Positions 38,493 to 50,640 of a stretch of 64,000 nt of DNA are shown here, one piece after another; within the stretch, counting starts at the first letter, position 1; every line of letters starts with the position of its first letter. The stretch lies in NCBI GenBank assembly GCA_964188305.1, contig OZ076897.1, one strand, 5' to 3'. This DNA is from Podarcis bocagei. Taxonomy: Eukaryota. Made by a program: the position numbers and the translations under genes. The notes under the pieces were generated by a model that had not been told where the DNA came from, searched no databases, and was given only the letters and a program-made list of their open reading frames with translations.

Positions 38493-41464
38493 ACTTAGGA
38501 TAAGATGTTTCATAGATAATGCATTCTTTTCTCTATACTTACGAAGTCCTTCAATAAGAAATCTGCTATGCTCTGTGTCTGGTAGGAACACAGGGTGAAT
38601 GTTGACACTGAAGACAGGACAAGGAGATTTCATGCTTTTTAGATAACAGCTTTCCTAAGCATGGTGACCCCAGTCTAAATATTGCTTCTGATTTGTTTTA
38701 AGGTCGTGTTGCTTTAAAGCAAATAGCCACTGTTTCACCGATGTGAAATATGACCATGGACAACACGTCTGTCAGACATGGCTGTAACATACTGCTTAGC
38801 ACTGTTAACTTACAATATGCACCTATTATTGTTGGTTCTCCTAATGAAAGAAAATAAAGACACTGCATAAATCTCGAACACGTGTTTCGTTTTTCCAGCT
38901 GCCCTGCTGCTGCAGAACGTCACGCTAACGAGAAGTGATGCTAACAAGAAGCTAAAACCAGTGTAGCAAATGGAGCATTTAAATATATATAAACATGCAG
39001 ACATTCACATATAAATAGAAATGGGTTCTTTGAGGGAAATGAGGAGAACCCGGGACAGGCATATTTCAGACAAAGATTGCCTGCATTTTCCTACATAGCA
39101 ACAACTTTGGTCCTGCTTAATAAGAAAAAAATCAATGGCACCACTACACAGCCCTCAATTGCTCTTAATGCTAAAATAGGACACCAGTATTTGGTTATCT
39201 CTATTAAAAGACATCTCGACAGATTGTCAGTGTTTTGCAGAAGGGACTTAAGCACAGACCGGGAAATTTAGGTTTGCGCAGTTAGAACAGATTCAAGAGC
39301 TCTGTCACCCTGGTGAAGCAAATCCACTTTAAAAACGAATTGGATTTTTTTTTTTTGGAATTGGGAAAGAGACGGGAAATGAATTGAAAAGTGTGGGATT
39401 AATGAGAAGATGAATGAACATCCCATCAGCAAATAAGGTCAAATGAAAGTTGAACACTTATCATCGTATAACCTCCGCACAAACGAATCAGAATGAATGT
39501 CCAGTAAAGGTGGGATAGAATCTAACCTCTATGTAAGCTTTCTACAAGCAAATCAGAAAGAATTCAGATATGTGACCACAAATAACTAGGATTAGAATAC
39601 ACGTCTGAAGGAGGAAGTATGGGTGAAAGCAACTAAATGTTTTTATGAACTGGATTTGCATTTTAAAATACTGTAAGGCGTTTTGTGGAGGATTTCCTCA
39701 AAAGTCAGAGTATAAAATTCCTTAAATAAATTAACAAACAGCATCCTAAGGAGAAAAGGAAACAACATTAGTTTGTCATGGGTACTGCAGATGGTTAGGA
39801 AACTCCTATTCTCACAAAACTACAGTTCACAGAGTTCCCTGAAAATAATTTATTGTTAAACCACTGTGGGAATTGTAGCTCTGTGAATAAGGAGTCTGCT
39901 AACAACTCTCAGCACCCTTAAGAAGCTACAGTTCCCATGATGCTTGGGGGGGGCAGAAGCCATGAGTTTAAAATTATATGATACTGCTTTGAATGTACAG
40001 TGCAGATAGGGCCATAAAAGACAGCAACTTTCCCCCTTCATAGTTCCCTAGTGAACCATTGGTCAAACGGACAACTCACAGCACACGCAAGACTTACTGG
40101 ACTAATATGTGTTCGGTATGTTAAAACTGTAACAGTCAGAAGCTCATTGTATCAGGCCAAATTTACCGAAATGAAAACCCTGCAGAGTAAGTCAAAAGGA
40201 GCCTAGCGTCTCCCTCGTGAACAAATATAGCATCCTGATAGGAGACAACGATTTGATGGCTCAGTGGGGTTTTCTAAGTAAAGAGAAAAGCCAGGGCCCT
40301 TAGCAGGTGGCCGGGTTTGATATTCAAATCATTAACATTTTACATGTGGCGTTTTCATTAGGGGGTGGGGGAAAAAGGTTACCGCATGATGGACAATCTG
40401 TATATATTTGCAGATGTGGTGTGCGTGGAAGTCAAACCTCACAAAGGAGTATAATTTGAAGCAATCTCCTTGCCCGAGAATAGCTGAAGGCAATGTCCAA
40501 TCAAAGTACTGTCAGTCCTCTCTGCCCAGCGAATAAATGAGTTGCTTTGACAGGAAATTCCAACGGCAAATTTTAATTCTGATCAGGCTTCAGGAAGTGG
40601 AAAGAATAAAAACACATCAATTATAGTGACAGGAAGTTTTAAATCACATGGCCAGCAGCTGCTGCCAAAGGGACCCATCTGCCAGATTTGTTAAGGAAAG
40701 GGGGTTTCTTGGAGTGACCAAACATTTGCACAAAAATCTGATACGCTGACGTAACTCTCCAGTTGTTATGTTTTCTTGGGATAAGTGGGAAGGAAAATGA
40801 CACAGCAGAAGAAATATGTCATTATTGCAACCGATCAACTTCTTTGTTTCAAACATATCCCCTGTAACATCATTGTAACATCAAAAATATACAGCTGTAA
40901 CATCAAAAATATCAAAGAAATATCAAAAATATCAAAAATATACAGCTGCTCACACAAACATCACACAAACATCACTTTTTGCCTGGCATTCTCTGATCAG
41001 TGACATTTAATACTTTATATATTAGGCACATACTTTCCCACAAGCTTCGGTGAATGAGGAGGCCAAGACATCTGCTATAAACTTCTCACTACACAGCTAT
41101 GCAACTTGGTACACGGGCTGCGTTTTCCTGAAGTCTAATGCTGGCATTAATGAAATCCGGTTCATGTTTCTTGTAGCCAGCCATCACCCAGCCCACCTGA
41201 TTAAGCCCTTTGAACATTTCTGCTCTTGGCATATGAGTGTGTGTGGGAAGAGAGGGAGGGAGATTAAGAAGAATTGTTTGTTTTTCTGCTACTGCTTTAA
41301 AGCTGTGTGTGCAAATTCTTGAATGCTTCCCATTTTCTGATCAAATCTCCCAGCTAGCGCAAACAATTCAAAAGCCAAGCACAAACAATTCAAAAGCTAT
41401 GACATTAAAATAAAATAAAAACTTTAGAAATCTAATAAAAATTGTGTTGCGAGCCATAAAACAG

Positions 41465-41509
41465 TTTGTTTGTTTGTTGTTTGTTTGTTGTTTGTTGTTT
41501 GTTTGTTTG
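41465..41509. repeat. (TTTG/TTG)n microsatellite
   Basis: tttgtttgtttgttgtttg... compound repeat. Confidence 0.9.
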
Positions 41510-41711
41510 CCCTAGATCATTCCGCGCAACAGCAGAGGTGCCATTTTGTCCAGAACAAACGTTAGCATGATCTAATCAATTCTTATTTCAGTGGGAAATA
41601 GAAGCATATGATTGATTGCCTTCCATTAAAACCAGTGGAACTTGGAGTGCTTCATTTTGGTGGTATTGTGCCCTGTATTTGGCAACAAGCTGCCCAAATT
41701 AACATCCAATA

Positions 41712-42073
41712 CAGTGGTGCCTCGCAAGACGAAATTAATCCGTTCCGCGAGTCTCTTCGTCTAGCGGTTTTTTCGTCTTGCGAAGCAACCCTATTAGCGG
41801 CTTAGCGGATTAGCGCTATTAGCGGTTTAGCGGCTATTAAAGGCTTAGCGGCTATTAAAGGCTTAGCGGATTAGCGGCTAAAAGGCTATTAGCGGCTTAG
41901 CGGCTTAGAAAAAGGGGGGGAGCGAAAAAAAATCAGAACACTTGCAAGACGTTTTCGTCTTGCAAAGCAAGCCCATAGGGAAAATCGTCTTGCGAAGCAG
42001 CTCAAAAACGGAAAACCCTTTTGTCTAGTGGGTTTTCCGTCTTGCGAGGCATTCGTCTTGCGGGGCACCACTG
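41712..42073 (+). mobile_element. Tc1/mariner MITE, family B, with internal TTAGCGG array
   Basis: TA-flanked TIRs cagtggtgcctcgcaagacgaa / ttcgtcttgcggggcaccactg; array at 41791-41908. Confidence 0.92.
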
Positions 42074-42814
42074 TATAAGCAAAAAGTCTAAAGCCAGGCC
42101 AAAAGGATGTCTTGGACACCATTCTCCCCCCCCCTCCCCCAAATAGTGTTCACTCAATAATAATCTTTACATCACTTTATAGACAGAATTAAAATGGAAA
42201 CAGCCATGCCCCTTATGCTGGAAACAACTACATGTTAACAGTGGCACAGTGAAATTTGACTCTTTAGCCACATTAAATTGCCCTTCTGTATTGCCTTCTC
42301 ACTCACTGAAGGAAAGAAGTGATTGTGTCCCAAATGTGGTTTTTCCCCCCAAGGGATATCCTCCTGACACTGTCCTTCTTATGCGTCAGGGGCTAGGAAA
42401 TTGAATTCTCCGTTAGCCAGGCCTTGATTTGCAGTATCATTTTTGCTTCACTAATTATTTTTATTTCATTTATATTAAAGATTTATAGCCAGACACTATA
42501 AATATTACACAAAGTGCTGTGCAATAAGGAAAAAAATGAGACAAAATATTAAACCTCAGAAACCGTTTTGACAATTCTGCAATTTAAAATCCAATAAATA
42601 GCTGGGGTGTGCTTCAGGGAAAGCCTTCTTAAACCAAAACGTCTTCAGTAACTGCCTAAACAACAACCTGTCTCATTTCAGATGGTAACAGATTCCAGAG
42701 GACTGGAGTCATAACTCTAAAAGCCCAGATTTAACACAAACTAAGTACACTTCTCGGGCATGCAGCACTCTCAGAAGTCTCACATCTGATGAGCACTGCT
42801 GCGTGTATGCCTGG

Positions 42815-43050
42815 CTTACATAAGATAAGAGCTCTGATTGATGAGATGAAAGTTCTGTCTAATCCACATTGTGGCTCCAGCAATGCCCCATCAGATGGCT
42901 CTGGGAATCATGCAAGCAAGATATGAGACCCATAGTGCCCTGGTGCTATTCAGATGTTCCCCAGCAATTGGTATTCAGAGTCATGTTGCCTCTGGCCCTG
43001 GAGATAGCATATAGTTATCATGACTAGTAGCCACTGATCGCCTTATTCTT
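42815..43050 (-). mobile_element. Old CR1 3' tail
   Basis: cataagataagagc...cccagcaattggtattcagag...catgactagtagccactgat; homologous to 35760-35930. Confidence 0.6.
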
Positions 43051-43689
43051 CACAACAGTAAATATCTATTTTTTCTCTCTCCCCAAAATGTACAATGTGA
43101 GCTACTGTTGCATCCTTAATAATAACAGTCTCTCTTGACATCCTTCTCCAAAATGTGTTTCTCGAAAAGATCTCCTTCCAAGTTGCTTAGCGATTTCTTG
43201 TATCTTGGAAATTTGTCAGGAAGATGAAAGATCAAGTCAAGTTCTGTGAGGGCCATGTTACAAGTGACATGGGAAACCCATGATTAGTCTGTCACTGGTG
43301 GTGATTGTTTTACTGAAATGCAGGGACTGGCGGGGGACGGGGGACGGGAGGTGCTACAAATCTGACTGAAGCAGCAGCAGGGAGGGAGGGAACGGAGGGA
43401 GAGGTGCTTAATTCTTACCCTCAAGCCATTTTTTTCCTGATCAAAACCAGCCCTGCTTACCCAGCCACAGGAGAAAGATACAGGGCGAAAGGGTTAAGCA
43501 CTCCCTTTCCCCCACATCGCCATTGCAATCAAATTCACAACTCCTTTCAGTTAATCAGTAAAACAAAAAGTCACGAGACTATAAACGATGAGTCTCACGT
43601 GCTACAGCTACTTTGGTCCTCATGAGAAAGCTTTAGGGCCCCTCATAGCATGGCAAACGTATCTGGTTCTGACATACCTTCTCCTGCTC

Positions 43690-43990
43690 CCATCTACTGC
43701 AGAAGTGCAGGAGGAAAGGCCTTCTCAGTAGCCACCTCCAGACTATGAAACACTTTGCTTCCTGAGGTACAGCTGGACTCCTCTCTCCCTGTTTTCACCA
43801 GTTGCCGAAGACTTTTTCTTCCAGCAGGAAGATGTTTTTATCAATGAATGTCAATTTGTGACCCTGTCAATTGTGTTGATAGGGGTTTTTTTTAAACTGA
43901 TGTCAGATATATATATAACATGCCTATGAAGTTGGGGTCTTTACTTGCTATAAGTCATCTTCGGTAACAGTTAGAATGTTGGGATATAAA
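43690..43990 (+). mobile_element. Old L2 3' fragment
   Basis: ggccttctcagtagccacctccagactatgaaacac (decayed AFSVAAPRLWN motif) ending in gggatataaa. Confidence 0.6.
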
Positions 43991-44531
43991 TCTCAAAATT
44001 GGTGTGGGGAACATCAGGCCTGGGGGATAAACAGTGTTAGAAACTGAGATATGAAAGCTAGGAGCTAAATGGCAGCGTAATGCAAGTTATGAGCACAACA
44101 ACGGAATGTCTAGGTGCACTTTCTATAGCAAGAATACAAAGCTGGAAATGAATGAACTGCAGCTAAAATATTACGTTCATTTTTCAGATGGTCCTTCCCC
44201 TGCCCACCCACTTAATATTCTTAAGAGGGTCTCTTCTCCAGTCTTCAGAGTGTAGCTGGAAGTGAGGAGGCAGAAAAAGGCCCTCCTTTCCTTCCACTCT
44301 GCAGTTTTAATCTGAAATCTTAGGCGCAGTGCTGTGCCCAAAGCTCAGAAAACACTCGCCCTCATGAAATTCCCTGTCACAAAATGTGCCAAAAACAATG
44401 GGAGTTTCGAACATGGGATAAATCCAGGCTTCCATTTATCTCTGCCTGGCCCTCAGAATGAAGTTGTTGTCTTTACATGTTATAAAACACCCTTGGTAAT
44501 AATTAGAAACATGGCACATAAATCTCTAAAT

Positions 44532-44913
44532 TGGTGTGGGGAATATCAGGCCTGGGGGATAAACTCGGCCCTCCATTTCCCTCTATCGGGCCCTCATGAC
44601 TCTTCCCAGGCCACCATCTCCTCAGCCACACACACACACACACACCTACCCTAATACCACCCTCTGAGTGTTTTTGCCTGGCTGAAACATGTCCTTGAAC
44701 CCTAATAATAATGCCTCTTGGTTGTCCAGATGGAGGGTGGAGAGGGGGCTGTGGGGATATGTGTGGAAGCTGCCCTACTGTACAAAGGTCAAATGCATAT
44801 TGATTGCTTCACCCATTTTTGGCTCTGGCTCCACCCACCACTAGCATGTGGACCCTGGGAGGTTAACTAGATGGGAATGTGGCCCTCGATCTGAAAAAAG
44901 GTTTTCAACTCTG
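44532..44913. mobile_element. hAT MITE with 8-bp TSD ctctaaat
   Basis: TSD at 44524-44531 and 44914-44921; same family as 38129-38492. Confidence 0.8.
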
Positions 44914-44958
44914 CTCTAAATACGTATAATTACTAAAGAAAATAGCTTCCAAAAATAT

Positions 44959-45060
44959 TGTTGTTGTTTAGTCGTTTAGTCGTGTTCGACTCTTCGTGAC
45001 CCCATGGACCAGAGCATGCCAGGCACTCCTGTCTTCCACTGCCTCCCGCAGTTTGGTCAG
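44959..45060 (-). mobile_element. RTE-BovB LINE extreme 3' end, 46-bp flanking duplication
   Basis: Minus strand ...ggcagtggaagacaggagtgcctggcatgctctggtccatggggtcacgaagagtcgaacacgactaaacgactaaacaacaaca, the recalled BovB 3' end with (CAA)n tail; identical 46-mers at 44913-44958 and 45061-45106. Confidence 0.88.
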
Positions 45061-45479
45061 GCTCTAAATACGTATAATTACTAAAGAAAATAGCTTCCAA
45101 AAATATAGCTTAATAATTAATTAATAATTAATTGGCAGTTTTCAACTAAGTTTTAATCAGAGACCTACTGAAATCAATGGACATAACTTAGTTGTCTTCA
45201 TTATTTCAGTGCGTCCACCCTAAGTAAAACTTAAGTGACTACCACCCCAATCTATGTACACCGTACTTGCAGCGCAAAAACACAGCACCAATCTAATGGT
45301 CATTAACGTATAAAAGGAGGGCTCTTGCTCCTGTCAAAACACAACAAAACATTCTCCTGATGAATCGGCAATGACCTGAATGAAGATATTAACAAAAACA
45401 GACAGACAAATGAGACAATCCCCTTGCCCTATCCGCCCACCATACTTTGATATAGCTAGCTACATAGATAGGTATCATA

Positions 45480-45721
45480 CAGTGGTACCTCTGGTTACAT
45501 ACTTAATTCGTTCTGGAGGTCGGTTCTTAACCTGAAACTGTTCTTAACCTGAAGCACCACTTTAGCTAATGGGGCCTCCTGCTGCCGCCGTGCCGCCGGA
45601 GCATGATTTCTGTTCTCATCCTGAAGCAAAGTTCTTAACCCAAGGTACTATTTCTGGGTTAGCGGAGTCTGTAACCTGAAGCGTATGTAACCTGAAGCGT
45701 ATGTAACCTGCGGTACCACTG
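45480..45721 (+). mobile_element. Tc1/mariner MITE, family A
   Basis: TA-flanked cagtggtacct...cggtaccactg. Confidence 0.93.
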
Positions 45722-46299
45722 TATATGTATTCAATACTGTAATCCCTGTATGGGATAGGGAATTATTCTACACTAATGCAAACAACGTTACCAAAGCATT
45801 CGCAATCTCAGCAATCGCCCGTTTTTTCAGACACAGCTGGAAGTTGGTGGGAAAGCATGAAGAAGGAACCAGAGGAAGCAGCAAGACTGGAAATGGGCTC
45901 GTAATGCAAAGTCTCACTAACTACCTCCTCTCGGCCCATCAGTCTTATTAATATAGTTCCATAAAATGGCTTTGTTTTACATGAGGAATGTGGCTTTGTA
46001 TGTTTCTTTTTACACTGCAGTCCAGCTGAGAATTCACACCTTCCTTTAGCCAAAGCCAGCCTTCCACTGCTCTTGCTACGGGTCTTTCATTGGCTAATAA
46101 AACCCCGTGTAAATTAGGCTTGTGCCTACATTTCACCTTTGTTTGTTTCTTTTCATTAATTAGCCATCTCACACAATGCACTAAAAGGCACAGTAACAAG
46201 CCTTCTGCTAACTAGTAACATCTCCTTTCTGGCTATGTTTTCTTCCCTCTGCTGTTTAAAAGCGAGGCATGCCATCATCTTCTTCCAAGAGTTTTCTCT

Positions 46300-46660
46300 C
46301 AATTTTATTTTATTTATCTCTTAGTAAACAAACAAAGATTTCATCAGAAGATCCCAGAGCGATGTGAATTAAAGTTTGAGTCATTTAAAATTAACCACAG
46401 GCATAAGAAAATAGAAAACAGAAGCAATAAAGTTGAAAAGCAGAAGAGAATCCTTCATATCTAAAATGCCCAAGTCAATAGAAAGGTATCAAAAAGCTTG
46501 CAATGCAGCTGGCAAGCAAACCTCCTTAGAGAAGAGGGGTCAGGGGGCCACCACAGAAAAGGCCCTCTCCTTTGCACAGGGTGCTTCTACTAAAGAGGGT
46601 ACTTGGAGCAGGGCCTTTTTAGATCTCAAGACATGCTGTGGGTATCGGAAGAGGTCTCCT
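46300..46660 (-). mobile_element. Old L2 3' fragment
   Basis: ggggccaccacagaaaaggccctct (antisense of RAFSVVAP), compare 55938-55963. Confidence 0.6.
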
Positions 46661-46688
46661 TCGTTCATTTTCTTTGTATGCTGCTTTT

Positions 46689-46690
<2 letters not shown>

Positions 46691-46718
<28 letters not shown>
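46691..46718. repeat. (AC)14 microsatellite
   Basis: Perfect dinucleotide run. Confidence 0.95.
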
Positions 46719-46723
<5 letters not shown>

Positions 46724-46781
46724 CATGCTCATATCAGTTTACAACAAACACTGCAAAAACAATTTCATAATAACATAGTAA

Positions 46782-47132
46782 AAAGGTAAAGGGACCCCTG
46801 ACCATTAGGTCCAGTCGTGGCCGACTCTGGGGTTGCGGCGCTCATCTCGCTTTACTGGCCGAGGGAGCCGGCGTACAGCTTCTGGGTCATTTGGCCAGCA
46901 TGACTAAGCCGCTTCTGGCAAACCAGAGCAGTGCACGGAAACGCCGTTTACCTTCCCACCGGAGCGGTACCTATTTATCTACTTGCACTTTGACGTGCTT
47001 TCGAACTGCTAGGTGGGGAGGAGCAGGGACCGAGCAACGGGAGCTCACCCCGTTGCGGGGATTTGAACCACTGACCTTCCGATCGGCAATTCCTAGGCTC
47101 TGTGGTTTAACCCACAGTGCCACCCGCATCCC
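46782..47132 (-). mobile_element. Full-length Sauria SINE (lacertid-type subfamily), 13-bp TSD
   Basis: Head gggatgcgggtggcactgtgggttaaacc, tail ggtccctttaccttt; TSD aataacatagtaa at 46769-46781 and 47133-47145. Confidence 0.95.
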
Positions 47133-47220
47133 AATAACATAGTAACCATTCCATATCAACACAGCAAAACAAAAAACATAATAGCGTGCAAAAAAACCCC
47201 ACCCATATTTCAATACTATA

Positions 47221-47478
47221 CAGTGGTACCTCGGGTTACATACGCTTCAGGTTACATACGCTTCAGGTTACATACGCTTCAGGTTACACACTCCACTAAG
47301 CCAGAAATAGTACCTCAGGTTAAGAACTTTGCTTCAGGATGAGAACAGAAATCATGCAGCGGTGGCGCGGCAGCAGCAGGAGGCCCCATTAGCTAAAGTG
47401 GTGCTTCAGGTTAAGAACAGTTTCAGGTTAAGAACAGACTTCTGGAATGAATTAAGTACTTAACCCGAGGTACCACTG
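47221..47478 (-). mobile_element. Tc1/mariner MITE, family A, inverted orientation, one extra 16-bp unit
   Basis: TA-flanked; three ggttacatacgcttca units at the left end. Confidence 0.93.
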
Positions 47479-47624
47479 TACATATAACAAGACTGCTTAA
47501 ACAACATGTAGCATCCAATAGCAAAAATAACAAGGGAGCTTCACAGTTTCATCTTAGTCCTAGGTTTTCTGAAAAGTGCAAGAGGGGAGAGTGTGCTTGA
47601 GGGGGTCCTGCGTGCATATTTCCC

Positions 47625-47720
47625 AGAAGCATCTGGTTGGCTGCTTCAAAAGCAGGATGCTGGACTGGACGGGCCATTGGCCTGATCCAGCAGGGTCATC
47701 TTACGTTCTCATGGTCTTAC
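47625..47720 (+). mobile_element. CR1 3' tail
   Basis: gcatctggttggc...ggatgctggactggacgggccattggcctgatccagcagg plus decayed (ttcttatg)n. Confidence 0.72.
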
Positions 47721-49009
47721 TTTGGTTCCCCCCAATAAAATTCCATATCCTCCACAATTCAAGCCCCAAAGAGATTCGGACCCAGCAAGTTCCAATCCAG
47801 AAGCCATATCAGAAACATGAAACGGCCGTTCATGAAAATATTCATGAAAAAATATTCACGAAAAGCCATTCATGAAAATATATGGTTTTGATTCTGGCAG
47901 CTGACAAGACAAGTGGTGGATTGCCCCAAAAGTAGCTGCTGTTGATAATATATTTAACATACTGATTTGTGCTTTGCACTTAACCAAGATGTTAAAGAGA
48001 CTCTTTATAAAATATTCCGCCAGTGTGATGCAGATGGAAAACAACCTAAGGCTACTAGGAAGGAGGTTGAAACGTATCTCATATAAAACACATCATTATG
48101 CATTAAAGAAACTTTCCTTCATCCAAAAAGAACGGCCAAGCAGCTGGAGCTGTACTCCAGGAACCACATAAAGTTTTAATTAAATTCATTAAAAATTCTT
48201 TGTCTCTCAGCGAGTTGCGGGGGTAGGGCAGATAGAACGACTTAACAATGGCCGAGGTACAATCCAGTTTGTCAAAACTAATAACAGCACAAACGCCTTT
48301 GGTTACATGGAGATGCCGGAGGGAGGGGGGAGTGCAGGAATTACTATGAGTATCATGTTTACTGCGCTGTAATACTTATATAAAAATTATTGCAAGATGT
48401 GGCCGGTCCCTGGGAAGAGACTGCTATTCAGCAGATTGATAAAAGCAGTTGCTAACGAAGAAGGCACCGTTTTTCAGCTGACATAACTGATCTGGGATGC
48501 AGAGAACAACACTGTTTCTCTTAAATGGGAGGACACGGAAATAGATTGCAATTGTGATTAATTTGTGTTCTACGGCAAAGATGCATCATGACCGAACCTT
48601 TTACATTAGGCAGCTTTCTGCAAGGATGGCAGCTTATAACCAGCGCTCTCTTTTTCTGGGGGTACTCAGTACTGGCACCTTTTCCTAAAAATAAAGGTAA
48701 AAATTAAGCACCGCTTATACCTGTCAACTGGAATTGGGGCACCCATCTATTTTTAGGTTTTCTGATGACAGGTGGGAAACCGGTAGTCCTCCAGACATCA
48801 ATGGACTCCAACACCCTTCAGCCCCACATGGGAGGGCCAATGGCCAAGGGTGATGGAAGTCGTAGTCTATCAACACCTGGAGGTCCACGGGTTAGCTACT
48901 CCTGGTTTAGGGCAATCAAGAACCATGCAGGTAAAAACAGCCAGCAGTGTTGCTAAGGCCGAAAATTTGGACCATTTAAAACAGAGCCATAAAACTCTGA
49001 AATGCACAA

Positions 49010-49340
49010 GTCTGGAATACACATGAGAACAGGCATTTTCAATGGTGGCTCCCTGTTTGTGGGATGTTTTCCAATAGGAAAAGCGTGGCTGACGCCATCG
49101 CTGTCTGTCTTTAGGTGCCAGGCAAAAGCTGTTTTTTAAATTACCCATGCTTATAGATTTTAATCAGCAGGTTAGTTAGACATGTTTGTGGCTTTCGTTC
49201 GGTCTCATTTACGTGGGGTGGGTAGGCCTTGTTTCTTTTAAATATATCATCGGATGAGCATTTTATTATTTTGTGCACTGCTGTTTTTATGCATTTGTTA
49301 TTCTGTTTTATTGTGTGCAAAAATTTAATATTTTAATAAT
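49010..49340 (+). mobile_element. Old L2 3' fragment
   Basis: caggcattttcaatggtggctccctgtttgtgg (QAFSMVAPCLW), T-rich UTR and (aat)n tail. Confidence 0.6.
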
Positions 49341-50640
49341 AATAATAAATATTATAAAAGTGTGACTGTTTGATTTCATGAAAAAGAAACATTACCAAAA
49401 CAGTTATTGTGTGTGTATGTCTGTGCACACATACAAAACCTGTTCTCATGTGTGCTGATTCAGAAGTAAAGCAGAAGAAAATTCCCACTGAGTTCAACAT
49501 GACTTTACTGCCAAGTGAACACATAAACAATTATAGATTTAAACACGTGGGTGATTTCGCTAGAAAGCTTTAACCACCTAAGAATGAGAGGAGAGAATCT
49601 TTGCACAGTGACTTTCATCTGTCAAAAACAATTGTGTAAATGACATGTACAAAGTAACAGGGTACTAATGGAATAGCCAGATTAAAGATTTATTAAACAG
49701 GACTTTTTTTTTAGACTATCACATTTAATATCTGATTTTTTTATTTAAAAATATCATCTTGTGTTTTTTCCATCTTATGCTGATATTAATTACATTATAG
49801 TAATGTCATATTGCAGTTATAAAATACAGTTGGAAGGATGCTATTTATTTTCAGGTCCTTGTGGGGGGGGAAATGAATTAGTAAACACTTTAATGGTGGG
49901 GACAGAAAGCTGGCATTTCCTCAATATGATCAAGAATATGGCATATATAGGAGGGAGCCTCTACTATCATTTTGGGCAGGTGGCCTCTTCTGTTAATGAG
50001 CCAATTTGAGGAAACTATTAAGCCTCTGTGAAAAACTAGGGCTATTTCCCTAAGCCATTTTTGAGCTATAGAACTCATGCTACTGAGCTGTAGGACATAA
50101 GCCTTTTCAGCTGGCTCAGTTGCACATATTCATTTGCCCTAATGATAACATTAAGTACATGAAGCGAGCTGCAATGAGGCCCCAGAGACAAATATTCTCT
50201 TACTCCTCATTCTAGCCCGGTTCACGTCCTTAAAAATTCCAAGGAGCCCATGTAAAACGGGAGTTTAAGTGAAGAGCAGGAAGGCTGTTGTTGAGATTCA
50301 GAATTACAAATCGATCTAGAATATGAACTTGTCCATCTCCGATGCTTACCTCCATTACAATATAAGCACCATCTTAAAGCTTGTACAGCAGTTTGAGCCA
50401 ATGCATTTTCTTCATACTAGGTAGCTTGCGGAGTTTGGTCTGTACAATGGACATCTGCTAGAAAACACATCCCCCAAGTCCTTCTGCTGGGGATGCAGGT
50501 GGGGACGCACAACCACCAGATAGATTGGAAGGAAGTATAGTACAGATTGAGGGACTTCTTGAGGATTGGAATGGTGTGGTCAGAGGCAATTGGACATCAT
50601 CATAGTCCCTATCATTAAAAAGCACTATGTGGAGTGACAC

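Noticed and set aside
40878-40947. atcaaaaatat repeats and small tandem duplications (12187-12211, 41360-41397, 7401-7428)
   Set aside because: Ordinary slippage duplications with no further structure.
41791-41908. TTAGCGG array as interstitial telomere or CRISPR
   Set aside because: The unit is not TTAGGG, there are no unique spacers, and it lies inside a TA-flanked MITE.
50350-50457. Pseudo-exon with NAGNAG acceptor (tag cag) and strong donor GAG|gtaagc on the sense strand
   Set aside because: Short pyrimidine tract and an in-frame TAG after 13 codons; no dynein similarity. It could only be a poison exon, for which there is no support here.
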